Part shown: positions 24,860 through 37,583 of the stretch, piece by piece
Layout of the letters: every line of letters begins with the position of its first letter
Numbering within the stretch: the stretch's first letter is position 1
Assembly (NCBI RefSeq): GCF_044704955.1
Contig: NC_091984.1
Span: forward strand, 177,878,001 to 177,942,000
DNA length: 64,000 nucleotides
Direction of reading: 5' to 3'
Source of the DNA: Pristiophorus japonicus
Taxonomy: Eukaryota
Translations under genes and position numbers: made by a program
Notes under the pieces: generated by a model
Told to the model about the DNA's origin: nothing
What the model saw: the letters and a program-made list of their open reading frames with translations, nothing else
Databases searched by the model: none

Positions 24860-27800
24860 ACGGTATATTTGCAAAAGAGTTTCCTCGCACCTACCTAACG
24901 ATGGCCAGAACTATGCAGAGGGCAGATCATGATGTCAATCAGTGTGCAATGTTGTTTTGATGCTTCTGCTGCTCTTTTCGAGCTCTGTACTGGAGCCTAT
25001 GCCACCAGTTAACTTTGCGCAGCTGAACACGACATTAAACAGCATGAAGGAATCCTCACCAGCTTTTCTTAAAGGCATCATGAACTAATTACATTTTAAT
25101 TGTTGTATTATTTCTTCTGGCTGTTGGTACAATGCTTCACGTTTTGGGAGCTTCCCATACTTGTCTAAATTGTCAGTAGTCTACGGGGAGTGGTCTTGCT
25201 GGCACTGAATACTTCTTTGGTGATGTAAAGGCTTGTGCTGAAACGAGTTGTTTTGAGACATGGGTGGCCTAGTCATTGGGAGAATGAGGAGCGACTAAGC
25301 AGACGAGGACAAGCAGCTCGAAGAGGAAGGAGAAAGAGCGAGAGAAGGATACTCAGCAGGAGGCCATGTCGCCCAGGTTTTCAGGGAGCAAACCTCTTCT
25401 CTGAATTTCAGCGACGACCAATACATGAGACATCTGTATTTCACTGAAGAGGTCTTGACTGAAATCTCTCAGTTCTGCTGCCACAACTCAAACCTCAGAA
25501 GAGGGCAAGGACTTAATTGCTTGCGTTTTCAATGCGAGTCTGGCTCTACTTTTACACATCTGAATCCTTCCAGGCTGCTGCTGGAGATATAAGCAATATC
25601 TGCAAGTTTGCAGTACACTGCTGCCATAATAGAGCTCACTGAATCTCTCCATATACAGAGAAATAAACTCCTCTTTTTTCATTATTGTCAGAGACAAGCT
25701 GGTGGAGTGAAAACGATGGTTTGCGCGGATTGTAGATATCCCCATGGTGCAGGGTTCTATTTACTGCTTGTAAATTGCTGTGCCTGCGCCTCATGTCAAC
25801 TCTGCCATTTGGCGGAAACAAAAGGTATTCCACTCTCTCAAGCTGGTTTCTCACCACAGGCAGCACATCATTCAGGTCAATGCCCGGTATCTTGGCAGTA
25901 GTCACGATGATTTCATTCTGTGTTAGTCCTCTATGAGAGCTCTATTTGAACCACCACGTCACAGTGTGGTTACTGAGCGACAGGGGTTATGCACACATAT
26001 CATGGCTCGTGACTCCGGTCTGATATCCATGCACATGTGCACCACAGACATGGGAGTATTACAGAGCACACCACCGACATCCACAAGCAATGATTTCACT
26101 GCCTGGACAGTCCTGGCGGAGCCCTGAAATACTCAGCTTTGCGGCTTTCAATATTTGTGGTGATTTGCTGCATGCTGCACAATCTTGCATTTACGTGGGA
26201 GCAACCACTACGGTCACCTATCAGCCGAGATGCTAAGGTGCCAGAACACGAGAAGAAGAAGGAGGAGGTAGTGGAGGAACCGGAAGAGGAGGAAGAGGAA
26301 GTGAGGCTGAAATGTAGACAGCCTCTATCTGTATGAGCTCTACGTGGTCGAAAAGTTAATGAACTATACCAGTAACCTCAGTCACAAATCTCCATTCACC
26401 AACCGGTCCACAATCCTTACCTTTCCTCTGTCACTCTCCCTCATAGTGTCCACGTTCCCAACAATGCATCAATAAAAGATAACACACAATAAACATTCCT
26501 ATAAAAATGTATAAATTAAATCATGTCTTCATGCATACCAAAATAAAATAATCACGTTTTTGAATTCCCTTAGTGCCTCTTCCATGTATCTTTGCCTCAC
26601 CTAGTGCTCCTACAAGTTGTTTCCCCAATGGCGACAGCATGGTTGGTGGATGGCTGTTGACTTTCAGTTGAGAAGACTACTGATGGCATTGGAGGGTAAC
26701 ATGGAGCAGCTCTCAGTCTAGAAGGGCCGACCTCAGACTGTATCATCTCTGTCTCGACTGCAGAAGTCTGGGGTCGCTGGCTGACAGTTAACAGCAATGA
26801 CACTGGTGGAGTGGCAGAGGTGGAAGCACGAATTCTGTCATCTTGGGTGAGGACATTAGGCTCGTACATCATGGAGCCACTGCCAATCTTCCGCGTGTTG
26901 CCTCAGCAATCGTACTAATTTGTTGGAGAGCAGATTACTGGAGTACTGTGACTCCCTGAAAGCCCCTTTGAATACTAGTATCCAGTGCTACTTTGGCAGC
27001 ACTCTGTGGTTGCTTGGCAGCAAACTGTGATTGCACAACAACAGTCTCAGCTTCCACTGCAGCACTCAGACTTTTAGTGGAAGCTGCTTCAGCTGCAATG
27101 GAAGTTGAGACAGCGGTCATCAGAAGCTGCATCATGGTTGGTCCATAGATGTGCTAATGGAGGTGCCCATCAGTTTCATGTTAGAACAGATGGGTACCAA
27201 GATCTGTGCAAAGCCCTGTGCCAAGTTGGTGCATACGTTCTGGCAGGGTCCCATTGCACCAACATTTGGGTGTTTACACTCTTCAGCCTTCTTCTGTAGC
27301 CTGGCCCAGCGAAATCCTCATCTGACTCCTCAGCAGCGGGATAACTAGTTTGCAATCACGGCCTCCAGCGAGTTGCTTCCTGCTACCTGCATTATTCTTG
27401 TCCCCACCCTGGCTCCTGCACACTTGTGCCCGGTGTCTTGCGAGATGCATGTCTTTCATCTATCCTATCCTCTGAAATGCATGCAGTGCCATTACCTAAG
27501 CTGATGTTGGCGACGGTAAGATCCAGTGAAAGTAGCACTTCATCTTCACTTTCTTCTCCACTTCATCCAGTGCCTGGGCAGGTTCCATTTCGTGAGCATT
27601 TGAAATGAAAAATGGACAAGATTTGGGTTTTAGTGAGGCGATCAGAGAAAATAAGAAGTGCATGCTTACACCCACTGCAGCTTCTGAGTCAAAAGTGATT
27701 GAGGGATGTGGCAGAAGATGAGAGAAGGAGGATTAGGTATGCAAGTACCGTTATCGTCAATTGCTTCAACCTCGCTTGTGGCCATGCCTCAGTGATTCTC

Positions 27801-29340
27801 CTTTCCATGACGGCCAACGCTATGTCCTCCATGGGGGTAAAAGATGGAAGCGTGCTTGTCCTCCTCCAGTGAATTAATGTTGCCTTCTATTATGTGCTAC
27901 ATTCTCCTACAACAAAGAGGGAAGTGTGTCAGTGTGTGTCGTGTAATATGTTTGGCTGATATGGAAGTCATGGTTCAACAGCTGCCAGTGTGTGCGAGCT
28001 GTATGATGTGGGTGTGAAGGTTGCAACAGTATTACATGTGTAAGGTTCAGGTAAAGCATATGATTGGTAGGGTTGAGTCCTGATTGACAAAGATACTTGG
28101 TAGATAGGTAATGGGGATGTAATGAATTATAGAATCGTAAAATGGTTACAGCACGGAACAACGCCATTCGGCCCGTAGAAGCTGTGCCGACTCTCAACTA
28201 GTCCCACTCCACTGCGCTTTCTGCATAGCCTTGCAAGATTATTTCCTTCAGATAGTTATCCAACTCCCTTTTGAAAGATAAATTTGACTCTGCCTCCACC
28301 ATCCTTTTACGCATTCCAGATGTTAACCACTCTCTGTGTAAAATGGTTTGTTCTTATGCCACCTTAGGCTCTTTTGCCAATCATCTTAAATCTTTGTCCT
28401 CTGGTTCTCGACCCTTCTGCCAATAGGAACACTTTCTCTCTATCTACTCTGTCCAGAACGCTCATGAATTTAAGCCCATTTTGTCGAACTCCTTTTAGAA
28501 ATCCATGTACAATATGTCAACCGCATTACCCTCATCAACCCTCTCCATTATTTCATCAATAAACTCGATCACGTTGGTTAAACACGATTTGCCTTTAATA
28601 AATCCGTGTTGGCTTTCCTTAATTAATCCACCCCTAACCAAGTGACTGTTAATTTTTGCCCTGAATACTGTTCCTAAAAGCTTCCCCATGACTGAGGTTA
28701 AACCGACTGGCCTGTAGCTTCTGGGTTGATCATTGCACCCTTTTTTGAACAATGGTGTAACATTTGCAATGCTGCAGTCCTGTAGCACCACCGCCACATC
28801 TATGGAGGATTGGAATATAATGGCCAGTGCCTCTGCAATTTTCGTACTCAATTCCCTTAGCATCTTTGGATACATCACATCCGCTCCTGGTGATGTATCT
28901 ATTTTAAGTAAAGCCGGTCTTTCTAATACCTCTTCTTTATCATTTTTTATCCTATCAATTATCTCCACTACCTCCTCTTTCACTATGTCTATGCCAGCAT
29001 CTACTACCTTGGTGAAGTCAGATGCAAAGTACGCATTTAGTACCTTAGCCATACCCTCTGCCTCCATGCGTATGCCTCCATGTTGGTCCCCTAATCGTCC
29101 CGACCCCTCCTCTTATTACCCATTTATTTTAATATGCCAATGAGGCTAGTGCTGCTGTTGCTAGAACGTGCTATTTAAAGATGAACTCACTGTTCTTGAA
29201 AACTCGTGGCAGATCATTAAAATTCCTGCGGCCAGCTTCTTATAGCTGTGCTCCTGGCATTGACCTATGCCACTAACTCTTGCTAGTGCTTCCTCATCCT
29301 GTCTCCGGAGGGCCTCCTGCACCCCTGAGGATACAGCACT
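24860..29340 (+). mobile_element. Second copy of the Harbinger transposon, interrupted by CR1 (~28128-29140)
   Basis: Colinear with 3383-6900; includes VVICCMLHNLA and an E-rich tail (ORF 26139-26336). Confidence 0.85.
28128..29140 (-). mobile_element. CR1 LINE (internally deleted) inserted in the Harbinger copy
   Basis: ORF 28495-29067 ANVTPLFKKG..YRPVGLTS..QHGFIKGKSCLTN. Confidence 0.9.
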
Positions 29341-29341
29341 T

Positions 29342-31220
29342 AGGAATATAAGAAATAGGAGCTGGAGTAGGTCATTTGGCCCCTCGAGCCTGCTCCACCA
29401 TTCAATAAGATCATGGCTGATTTAAGCATGGACTCAGCTCGAATTCCCTGCCTGCTCCCCGTAACGCTTTATTCCCTTGTCGCTCAAAAATCTGTCTATC
29501 TCCGCCTTAAATATATTCAATGACTCAGCCTCCACAGCTCTCTGGGGCAGAGAATGCCACAGATGTACAACCCTCTGAGAGAAGAAATTCCTCCTCAACT
29601 CAGTTTTAAATGGGCGGCCCCTCATTCTGAGACTATGCCCCCTAGTTTTAGTTTCCCCTATGAGTGGAAACATCGTCTCTGTATCCACCTTATCGAGCCC
29701 CCTCATTATCTTATATGTTTCGATAAGACCACCTATCATTCTTCTGAACTCCAATGAGCATAGGCCCAACCTACTCAACCTATCTTCGTAAGTCAAGCCC
29801 CGCATCTCCGGAATCCGCCTCGTGAACCTTCTGTGAACAGCCTCCAATGCAAGTATATCCTTCCTTAAATACTGAGATAAAAACTGTATGCAGTACTCTA
29901 GCTGTGGCCTCATCCATACCCTGTACAGTTGTAGCAGGACTTCTCCACTTTTATACTCCATCCCCCTTCCAATAAAGGCTAACATTCCATCCCTCTTCCT
30001 GATTATTTGCTGTAGCTGCATCCTAACATGTTATGTTTCATGCACAGGGACCCCCAGGTCCCTCTGTACTGCAGCACTTTGCAATTTTCTCCATTTAAAT
30101 TATAAGTAGCTTTTCTATTTTTTCTACCAAAGTGGATAACCTCACATTTTCCCACATTATACTCGATCTGCCAAATTTTTGTTCACTCATTTAGCCTGTC
30201 TATATCCCTTTGCAGATTTCGTATGTCCTCCTCACAAGTTGCTCTCCCATCCATTTTTGTCTCATCAGCAAACTTGGCTACACTGCACTCTGTCCCTTCA
30301 TCCAAGTAATTAATATAGATTGTAACTAGTTGAGGCCCCAGCATCGTTCCCTACAGACCTCACTAGTTACTGTTTGCCAACCGGAAATGACCCATTTATC
30401 CCGACTCTCTGTTTGCTGTTAGTTAGCCAATCCTCTATCCATGCTAATATATTACCCCCAACACCGTGAATCTTTATCTTGTGCAGCAACCTTTTATGTG
30501 GCACCTTATCTAATGCCTTCTGAAAATCCAAATACACCACATCCACTGGTTCCCCTTTATCCACCTTGCTCGTTACATCCTCAAAGATCTCCAGCAAATT
30601 TGTGAAACATGATTTCCCTTTCATAAAAACATGCTGCCTCTGCTTGATTGAATCATGCTTTTCCAAATGTCCTGCTACTGCTTCCTTAATAATGGACAGC
30701 ATTTTACCAATGACAGATGTTACGCTAACTGGTCTATAGTTTCCTGATTTCTGTCTGCCTCCTTTTTTTAAAATAGGGGCGTTACATTTGCGGTTTTCCA
30801 ATCTGCTGGGCCCTCCCCAGAATCCAGGGAATTTTGGTAGATTACAACCAATGCATCCATTATCTCTACAGCCACTTCTTTTAAGATCCTGGGGTGCAAG
30901 CCATCATGTCCAGGGGACTTGTCCGCCTTTAGTCCCATTATTTTACCGAGTGATAGTGATTGTATTATGTTCCTCCCTCCCTATAGCCCTTAATTAACCA
31001 CTATTGGGATGTTTTTCGTGTCTTCTACCTTGAAGACCGATGCAAAATATTTGTTCAAGGTCTCTGCCATTTCCCTGATCCCCATTATTAATTCCCCAGT
31101 CTCTTCCTCTAAGGCACCAGCATTTACTTTTGCCACTCTTTTCCTTTTTATGTACATGTAGAAACTCTTACTATATTTCGTGCTAGTTTGCTTTCATAAT
31201 CTATCTTCCCTCTCTTTATT
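29342..31220 (-). mobile_element. CR1 LINE ORF2 3' portion
   Basis: ORFs 29434-30021 and 30367-30801 (YLDFQKALDKVPH; FFSQRVVHLW). Confidence 0.93.
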
Positions 31221-32344
31221 GGCCAAGAAATCTTGATCGCCTGCTTCCTGTGAGTAAGTGGGTATAACATTTTTTTTTATATGTGCATTTATCTTAGCCT
31301 GCTGCACCCACATGAGGTCGCGGTCCTGAAGCCTCCTCTGACTGTGCTTCACAGCATGTGCATATCAGGATGTGCGCAGGCCTGGATCTGGAGTCACATG
31401 GCTCTGGGCAGCCAATCAGGTATAGTATGTTCTCATTCAAAATAATGGGAACTCTGTAAGTTGGAGTACCCATTATTATGAATGAGAAACAGGCCCCAAA
31501 AACACACAAAACCATAATAGAAAAATAGAAAAAATACACAACGTATTTTTATTAATTTAAATGAAAGTTATTTATGTATTTAAATAATAAATATTTCGCC
31601 GATTTTTAAACAAATTTTTAACTTGTTGGGCATGACGATTTAAATTTCCTGGTCCGGTGTGCTGTCATTGGTCCTTTGGGTGTGTGTTGTGGGCTCGAAA
31701 AAGGTGGTGTCTGGGTTGTTCAGGGCAGTCTGTGAACCGCAGTCTCGTTTGGTCCAGGTGCTTTCTGCAAATTTGTCCATTGTCTAGTTTGACTACAACC
31801 AACCTATGTCCTTCTTTAGCTATCACCGTGCCCGCGATCCACTTGGAACCATGTCCATAGTTTAGCACATACACAGGGTCATTCAGATCAATTTCCTGTG
31901 ACACAATGGCGCGACCATCGTTTACCTTTTGTTGCTGCCGCCTGCTCTCTACCTGATCGTGCAGCTTGGGGTGAACCAGCGAGAGTCTGGTTTTAAGTGT
32001 CCTTTTCATGAGTAGCTCAGCCGGGGGCACCGCTGTGAGCGACTGGGGTCTCGTGCGGTAGCTGAGCAGTACTCGGGACAGGCGGGTTTGGAGTGATCCT
32101 TCTGTGACTCGTTTAAGGGTCTGTTTGATGGTTTGTACTGCCTGCCCATTGGAGGCTGGTTTAAACGGGGCCGAGGTGACATGTTTGATCCCATTGCGGG
32201 TCATGAATTCTTTAAATTCAGCACCGGTGAAACATGGCCATTGTGACTGACCAGTATGTCAGGCAGGCCGTAGGTGGCGAACATGGCCCTCAGGTTTTCA
32301 ATGGTACCAGTGGCAGTGCTTCCCGATATTATTTCACATTCAAT

Positions 32345-33323
32345 AGAAATATAGAAACATAGAAAATAGGTGCAGGAGCAGGCCATTCAGCCCTTCTAGC
32401 CTGCACCGCCATTCAATGAGTTCATGGCTGAACATGAAACTTCAGTACCCCCTTCCTGCTTTCTCGCCATACCCCTTGATCCCCCGAGTAGTAAGGACTT
32501 CATCTAACTCCCTTTTGAATATATTTAGTGAATTGGCCTCAACTACTTTCTGTGGTAGAGAATTCCACAGGTTCACCACTCTCTGGGTGAAGAAGTTTCT
32601 CCTCATCTCGGTCCTAAATGGCTTACCCCTTATCCTTAGACTGTGACCCCTGGTTCTGGACTTCCCCAACATTGGGAACATTCTTCCTGCATCTAACCTG
32701 TCTAAACCCGTCAGAATTTTAAACGTTTCTATGAGGTCCCCTCTCATTCTTCTGAACTCCAGTGAATACAAGCCCAGTTGATCCAGTCTTTCTTGATAGG
32801 TCAGTCCCACCATCCCGGGAATCAGTCTGGTGAATCTTCGCTGCACTCCCTCAATAGCAAGAATGTCCTTCCTCAAGTTAGGAGACCAAAACTGTACACA
32901 ATACTCCAGGTGTGGCCTCACCAAGGCCCTGTACAACTGTAGCAACACCTCCCTGCCCCTGTACTCAAATCCCCTCGCTATGAAGGCCAACATGCCATTT
33001 GCTTTCTTAACCGCCTGCTGTACCTGCATGCCAACCTTCAATGACTGATGTACCATGACACCCAGGTCTCGTTGCACCTTCCCTTTTCCTAATCTGTCTC
33101 CATTCAGATAATAGTCTGTCTCTCTGTTTTTACCACCAAAGTGGATAACCTCACATTTATCCACATTATGCTTCATCTGCCATTCATTTGCCCACTCACC
33201 TAACCTATCCAAGTCACTCTGCAGCCTCATAGCATCCTCCTCGCAGTTCACACTGCCACCCAACTTAGTTTCATCCGCAAATTTGGAGATACTACATTTA
33301 ATCCCTTCGTCTAAATCATTAAT
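32345..33323 (-). mobile_element. Young CR1 3' end inserted in the Gypsy A integrase
   Basis: Uninterrupted 273-aa ORF2 C-terminus (32442-33263); splits DAFSK|(W)IECEI. Confidence 0.95.
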
Positions 33324-36300
33324 GATTTTGAAAAAGCATCCACCACCACCAGGAACATTTTACCGAGAAACGGGCCTGCATAGTCGACATGGATCCTCGA
33401 CCATGGTCTGGAGGGCCAGGACCACAAACATAGTGGTGCCTCTCTGGGCGCGTTGCTCAACTGAGCAAATATGCTGCATTGCTGTACACAGGACACTAAG
33501 TCAGAGTCGATACCGGGCCACCACACGTGGAAACTGGTTATCGCTTTCATCATTACTATACCCAGGTGTGTGCTGTGGAGATCAGAGATGAACGTATCCC
33601 TGCCCTTTTTTGTTAGCACTACGCGGTTATCCCACAACAGGCAGTCTGCCTGAATGGACAGGCCATCCTTTCGCCGCTGGAACAGCTTGATTAGCTCATG
33701 CATTTCAACGGGGATGCTGGTCCAGCTCACATGCAGTACACAGTTTTTTTTACTAGGGACAGCAGAGGATCTTGGCTGGTCCAAGTCCTAATCTGGCGGG
33801 CCGTGACAGGTGATTTATCATTTTCAAATGCTGCCATGACCATCAACAAGTCTGTGGGCTGTGCCACCATCAGTAATTTTGCAGGCTGCGCCATTTCCAC
33901 CCCAGTGGTGGGCAATGGTAGCCGACTGAGAGCATCCGCACAGTTCTCGGTGCCTGGCCTGTTGCGGATAGTATAGTTATATGCTGATAGCGCGAGTGAC
34001 CACCTTTGTATGCGGGCTGAGGCATTAGTATTTATCACCTTGTTTTCAGCGAACAGGGATGTGAGGGGCTTGTGATCGGTTTCCAGGTCCAATTTGAGGC
34101 CAAACAGGTACTGATGCATTTTCCTTACCCTGAACGCACACGCTAATACCTCTTTCTCAATCATGCTGTAGGCCCTCTCGACCTTAGACAAGCTCCTGGA
34201 AGCATAGGTGACAGGTTGAAACATCCTCCCAATATTAGATTGTTTAATAAATATCCGACTCCGTACGACGATACGTGACATGCTAGCACACGTCTTTTAC
34301 ACGGGTTATACAATACAAGCAGCTTGTTGGAGCATAAACTGTTACTTTGTTTTTTCCCCATACCCAGTTCTCACCTTTGCGCAATAACATATGTAGGAGC
34401 TCTAAAAGGGTGCTTAGCCCCGGTAGGAAGTTACCAAAATAGTTGAGGAGTCCCAGGATCGACCACAGCTCCGTTACGTTCTGTGGCCTGGGCGCAATCC
34501 TGATAGCCTCTGTCTTGGCGTCTGTGGGCTGAATGCCATCCTCCGCGATATTTTTCCCCAAAATCTCCACTTCTGTTGCCATGAAGACACATTTCGATCT
34601 CTTCGGCTGCAGCCCTACGTGATCCAGTTGCTGCAGGACCTCCTCCAGGTTTTGTAGGTGCTCGGCGGTGTCCCGAGCCATGACCAATATGTCGTCCTGA
34701 AAGACCACTGTGTGTGGTACCAACTTGAGTAGGCTCTCCATGTTTCTCTGGAAGATCGCTGCAGTCGACCGAATTCGAAACGGGCATCTGTTGGAGATGA
34801 ACAATCCCTTGTGCGTGTTGATGCAGGTGAGGCCCTTCAAAGACTCCTCCAGCTCCTGCGTCTTGTAGGCCGAAGTCAGGTCGAGCTTGGTGAACGTCTT
34901 GCCTCCTGCTAGCATCGTAAATAGGTCGTCTGCCTTAGGTAGCAGGTATCGGTCCTGTAGCGAGAAACAATTAATAGTTACTTTATAATCGATGCAAATC
35001 CTGACCGTGCCATCACTTTTGAGTACTGTAACAATCAGCCTGGCCCACTCTCTGAATTCCACTGGGGAGATGATGCCCTCGCGTTGCAGCCTGTCCAGCT
35101 CTATTTCCACTCTCTCCCTCATCATGTGAGGTACCGCTCGTGCCTTGTGGTGAATGGGTCATGCCTCTGGGACCAAGTGGATCCGCACCTTTGCCCCGGA
35201 AAAGTTTCCAATGCCTGACTCAAAAAGGGAAGGAAATTTGTTAAGAACCTAGTTACATGAGGCCTCATCGACATGTGATAGCGCTCGGATGTCATCCCCC
35301 TTCCAGTGGATTTTGCCCAGCCAGCTCCTTCCATGCAGTGTGGGGCCATCGCCCAGGACAACCCAGAGTGGCAGTTCATGCACTGTGCCCTCGTAGGTAA
35401 CCTTGACCATGGCGCTGCCCAGGACAATGATAAGCTCTTTGGTGTACATTCTCAGTTTCGTGCGGATGGGGCTCAGGGCTGGTCTGAGTACCTTGTTGCA
35501 CCACAATCTCTCAAACATCTTTTTACTCATGATGGATTGGCTAGTGCCAGTGTCCAGTTCCATGGCTATGGGTAAGCCATTGAATTTTACATTTAGCATT
35601 ATAGGTGGGACATTTCGTCGAAAATGTGTGCACCCCGTGTACTTCAGCGTCTGCCTCCTCTCTCTGAGGCTCGAAATTGCTTTGATCCACCATGGACCGA
35701 TCTTCCTCTGCCTCGTTCGAGGTGCCCCATTGTTCCACAGCTCTTGCAAACATACCCTTTGAAGCGGCATGAATAGGCTGAATGGAAGCCTCCACAACGT
35801 CAAAAAGGTGTGAATTGCCTTGCATTCATACTTTGTTGGGGACTCTGAGTCATCTGGGTCACCTGAGGCCTGCAGGCAGTTGCAGACTCATGGGTTCTGC
35901 CATGTTTATTTCTGCTCGCAAACACAGTTCGAGTTAATTTATGAACATTGCTAGCACTTGTGTGCTGAGAGATTTGTTTGGTGTTATCACTAGTGGACAT
36001 AAACGTCTGTGCTATTGCAATGGTCTTACTGAGGGTCGGTGTCTCTAGTCAAAAGTTTTCATAGGATGGTCTCGTGGCCAATGCCCAGTACAAAAAAGTC
36101 TCTGAGCATTTGTTCCAGGTAGCCATCAAACTCACATAGTCCTGCATGTCGCCTTAGCTTGGCAACGTAGCTCGCCACTTCCTGGCATTCAGATCGCTGG
36201 CACGTGTAGAACCGATACCGCGCCACCAGCACGCTCTCCCTCTGGTTAAGATGCTCCTGAACCATTGTACACAGCTCCTCATACAACTTATCTGTGGGTT

Positions 36301-36528
36301 TCACCGGAGCCAGAAGATTCTTCATGAGGCTGTAGGTCGGTGCCCCGCAGACTGTGAGGAGAACCGCTCTCCTTTTTGCAGCACTTCCTTCTCCATCCAG
36401 CTCGTCGGCTACAATGTACTGGTCTAGCCGTTCGACATAGGCTTCCCAGTCCTCACGCTCCAAGAACTTCTCCAGGATGCCCACAGTTTGCTGCATCTTT
36501 ATGTTGGATTCGTATTCTCGTCACCAGT

Positions 36529-36740
36529 TATTGTGTTCATAACTCAGATGAGGCTGCACACAGGGAGGTTAAAGTAACAGTGACCTCAGTCTTTAATAAG
36601 ACACTCCAGAGTGAGAAACAGGCCTTAGGAGCTGGCTTATATACAGTGCTCCCCAAGGGATGCTGGGATCCATTGGGACTTCAGGGGATGAGCTCCCTGT
36701 TGGCAGAACATGGGAGTGCATGCTTTACAGATACACAATA
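36529..36740 (-). repeat. 5' LTR of Gypsy element A with adjacent tRNA-Ser-type PBS (TGGTGACGAG, ~36517-36526)
   Basis: 212-bp segment with terminal inverted repeats TATTGTGT...ACACAATA, internal TATA and ATTAAA on the - strand, directly upstream of the PBS and gag ATG. Confidence 0.8.
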
Positions 36741-36787
36741 GATACCACCCCTTATTTCCTTAGTTAGCTACTGATGGTTATCCCTTC

Positions 36788-37446
36788 TGTTAATATGAAT
36801 GTTTTCTCGAAAGAATCACTCAACACTCAGAATCGGTTCCAATGCCAAAGCGGCCTTTTATTATGCCGGCAGGGAGGAAGCCTCTGGTCTAGATCCAGGC
36901 ACCTCTCTCCACCGAACAAAGAAATCCATCGATATTTATATGTTTTACAACAGTTCATTACAGTTACTTCAGCCCATATCGGCTGGACACAATCCAATCA
37001 TAACGATTATAGATTACATATAGATTTCTTTAACCCAATAGAATTCCCCTGAAAACTCAGGGGCTGTATGTTCGGTTCTTGTCAGCTCGGGCTGATTAAT
37101 GACCTTGTTATGTGAGGCAGCCCCCCCCCCCGTTATCTCTGTTCCTCGGGGCTCTACTGTGTGAAGTCATTGATTAAGGACATTCCATACCAGGTACTAT
37201 AATGGTTCGTTATAGTTATCTTGTCTCAAGCGGATGATCCAAGGCATTCCTGGTAGTGGGCCTCACAGGGTCATTGCTCGGTCAGCCTCAGTCAACAGTT
37301 CATTGCTTGACTAACTGAGTTCCCATCATGCTTGGGCAGCCATTTTATATGTGTCCATTTTAAACATATATGCGTATAGATATATTCAGCAGGTGCCTAA
37401 TGCCTAGTGTATATATATATTCAGCAGGTGCCTAATGCCTACAACA
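36788..37446 (-). repeat. ERV 3' LTR (~660 bp) preceded by polypurine tract
   Basis: - strand PPT GAAAGGGGGGAAT (37459-37447) directly followed by TGTTG. TATAAAT near 36935-36941, AATAAA at 36857-36862, ends ...TTAACA at 36788. Internal 26-bp tandem duplication (37381-37406 / 37416-37441). The U5 end is less certain than the U3 end. Confidence 0.75.
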
Positions 37447-37583
37447 ATTCCCCCCTTTCGTTAAAGGGACTAATCCTAGTCCCCCTTTAACTTACCACCC
37501 TACCTTTATCAGATATTGTGCAAGCCCGGTACTCCCTGCCTCAACGTGCTGGCCAGTCACGCGGTTTCAGGAGTCCCGGTTGC

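Larger units (their letters stand above)
21350..29340 (+). repeat. Segmental duplication block A, copy 2
   Basis: Same order and orientation as 1-6900, offset ~21.35 kb. Confidence 0.95.
31640..36740 (-). mobile_element. Gypsy LTR retrotransposon A (gag-PR-RT-RH-IN), 3' truncated, interrupted by a CR1 in integrase
   Basis: gag from 36496 (DWEAYVERLDQY); protease ELDTGTSQS; RT with KLDLTSAY and FQDD; RNase H YASRSL..TDHKPL..ADALSRLP; integrase CSIF..RIHVDYAGP..SNGQA. Multiple frameshifts. Confidence 0.95.
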
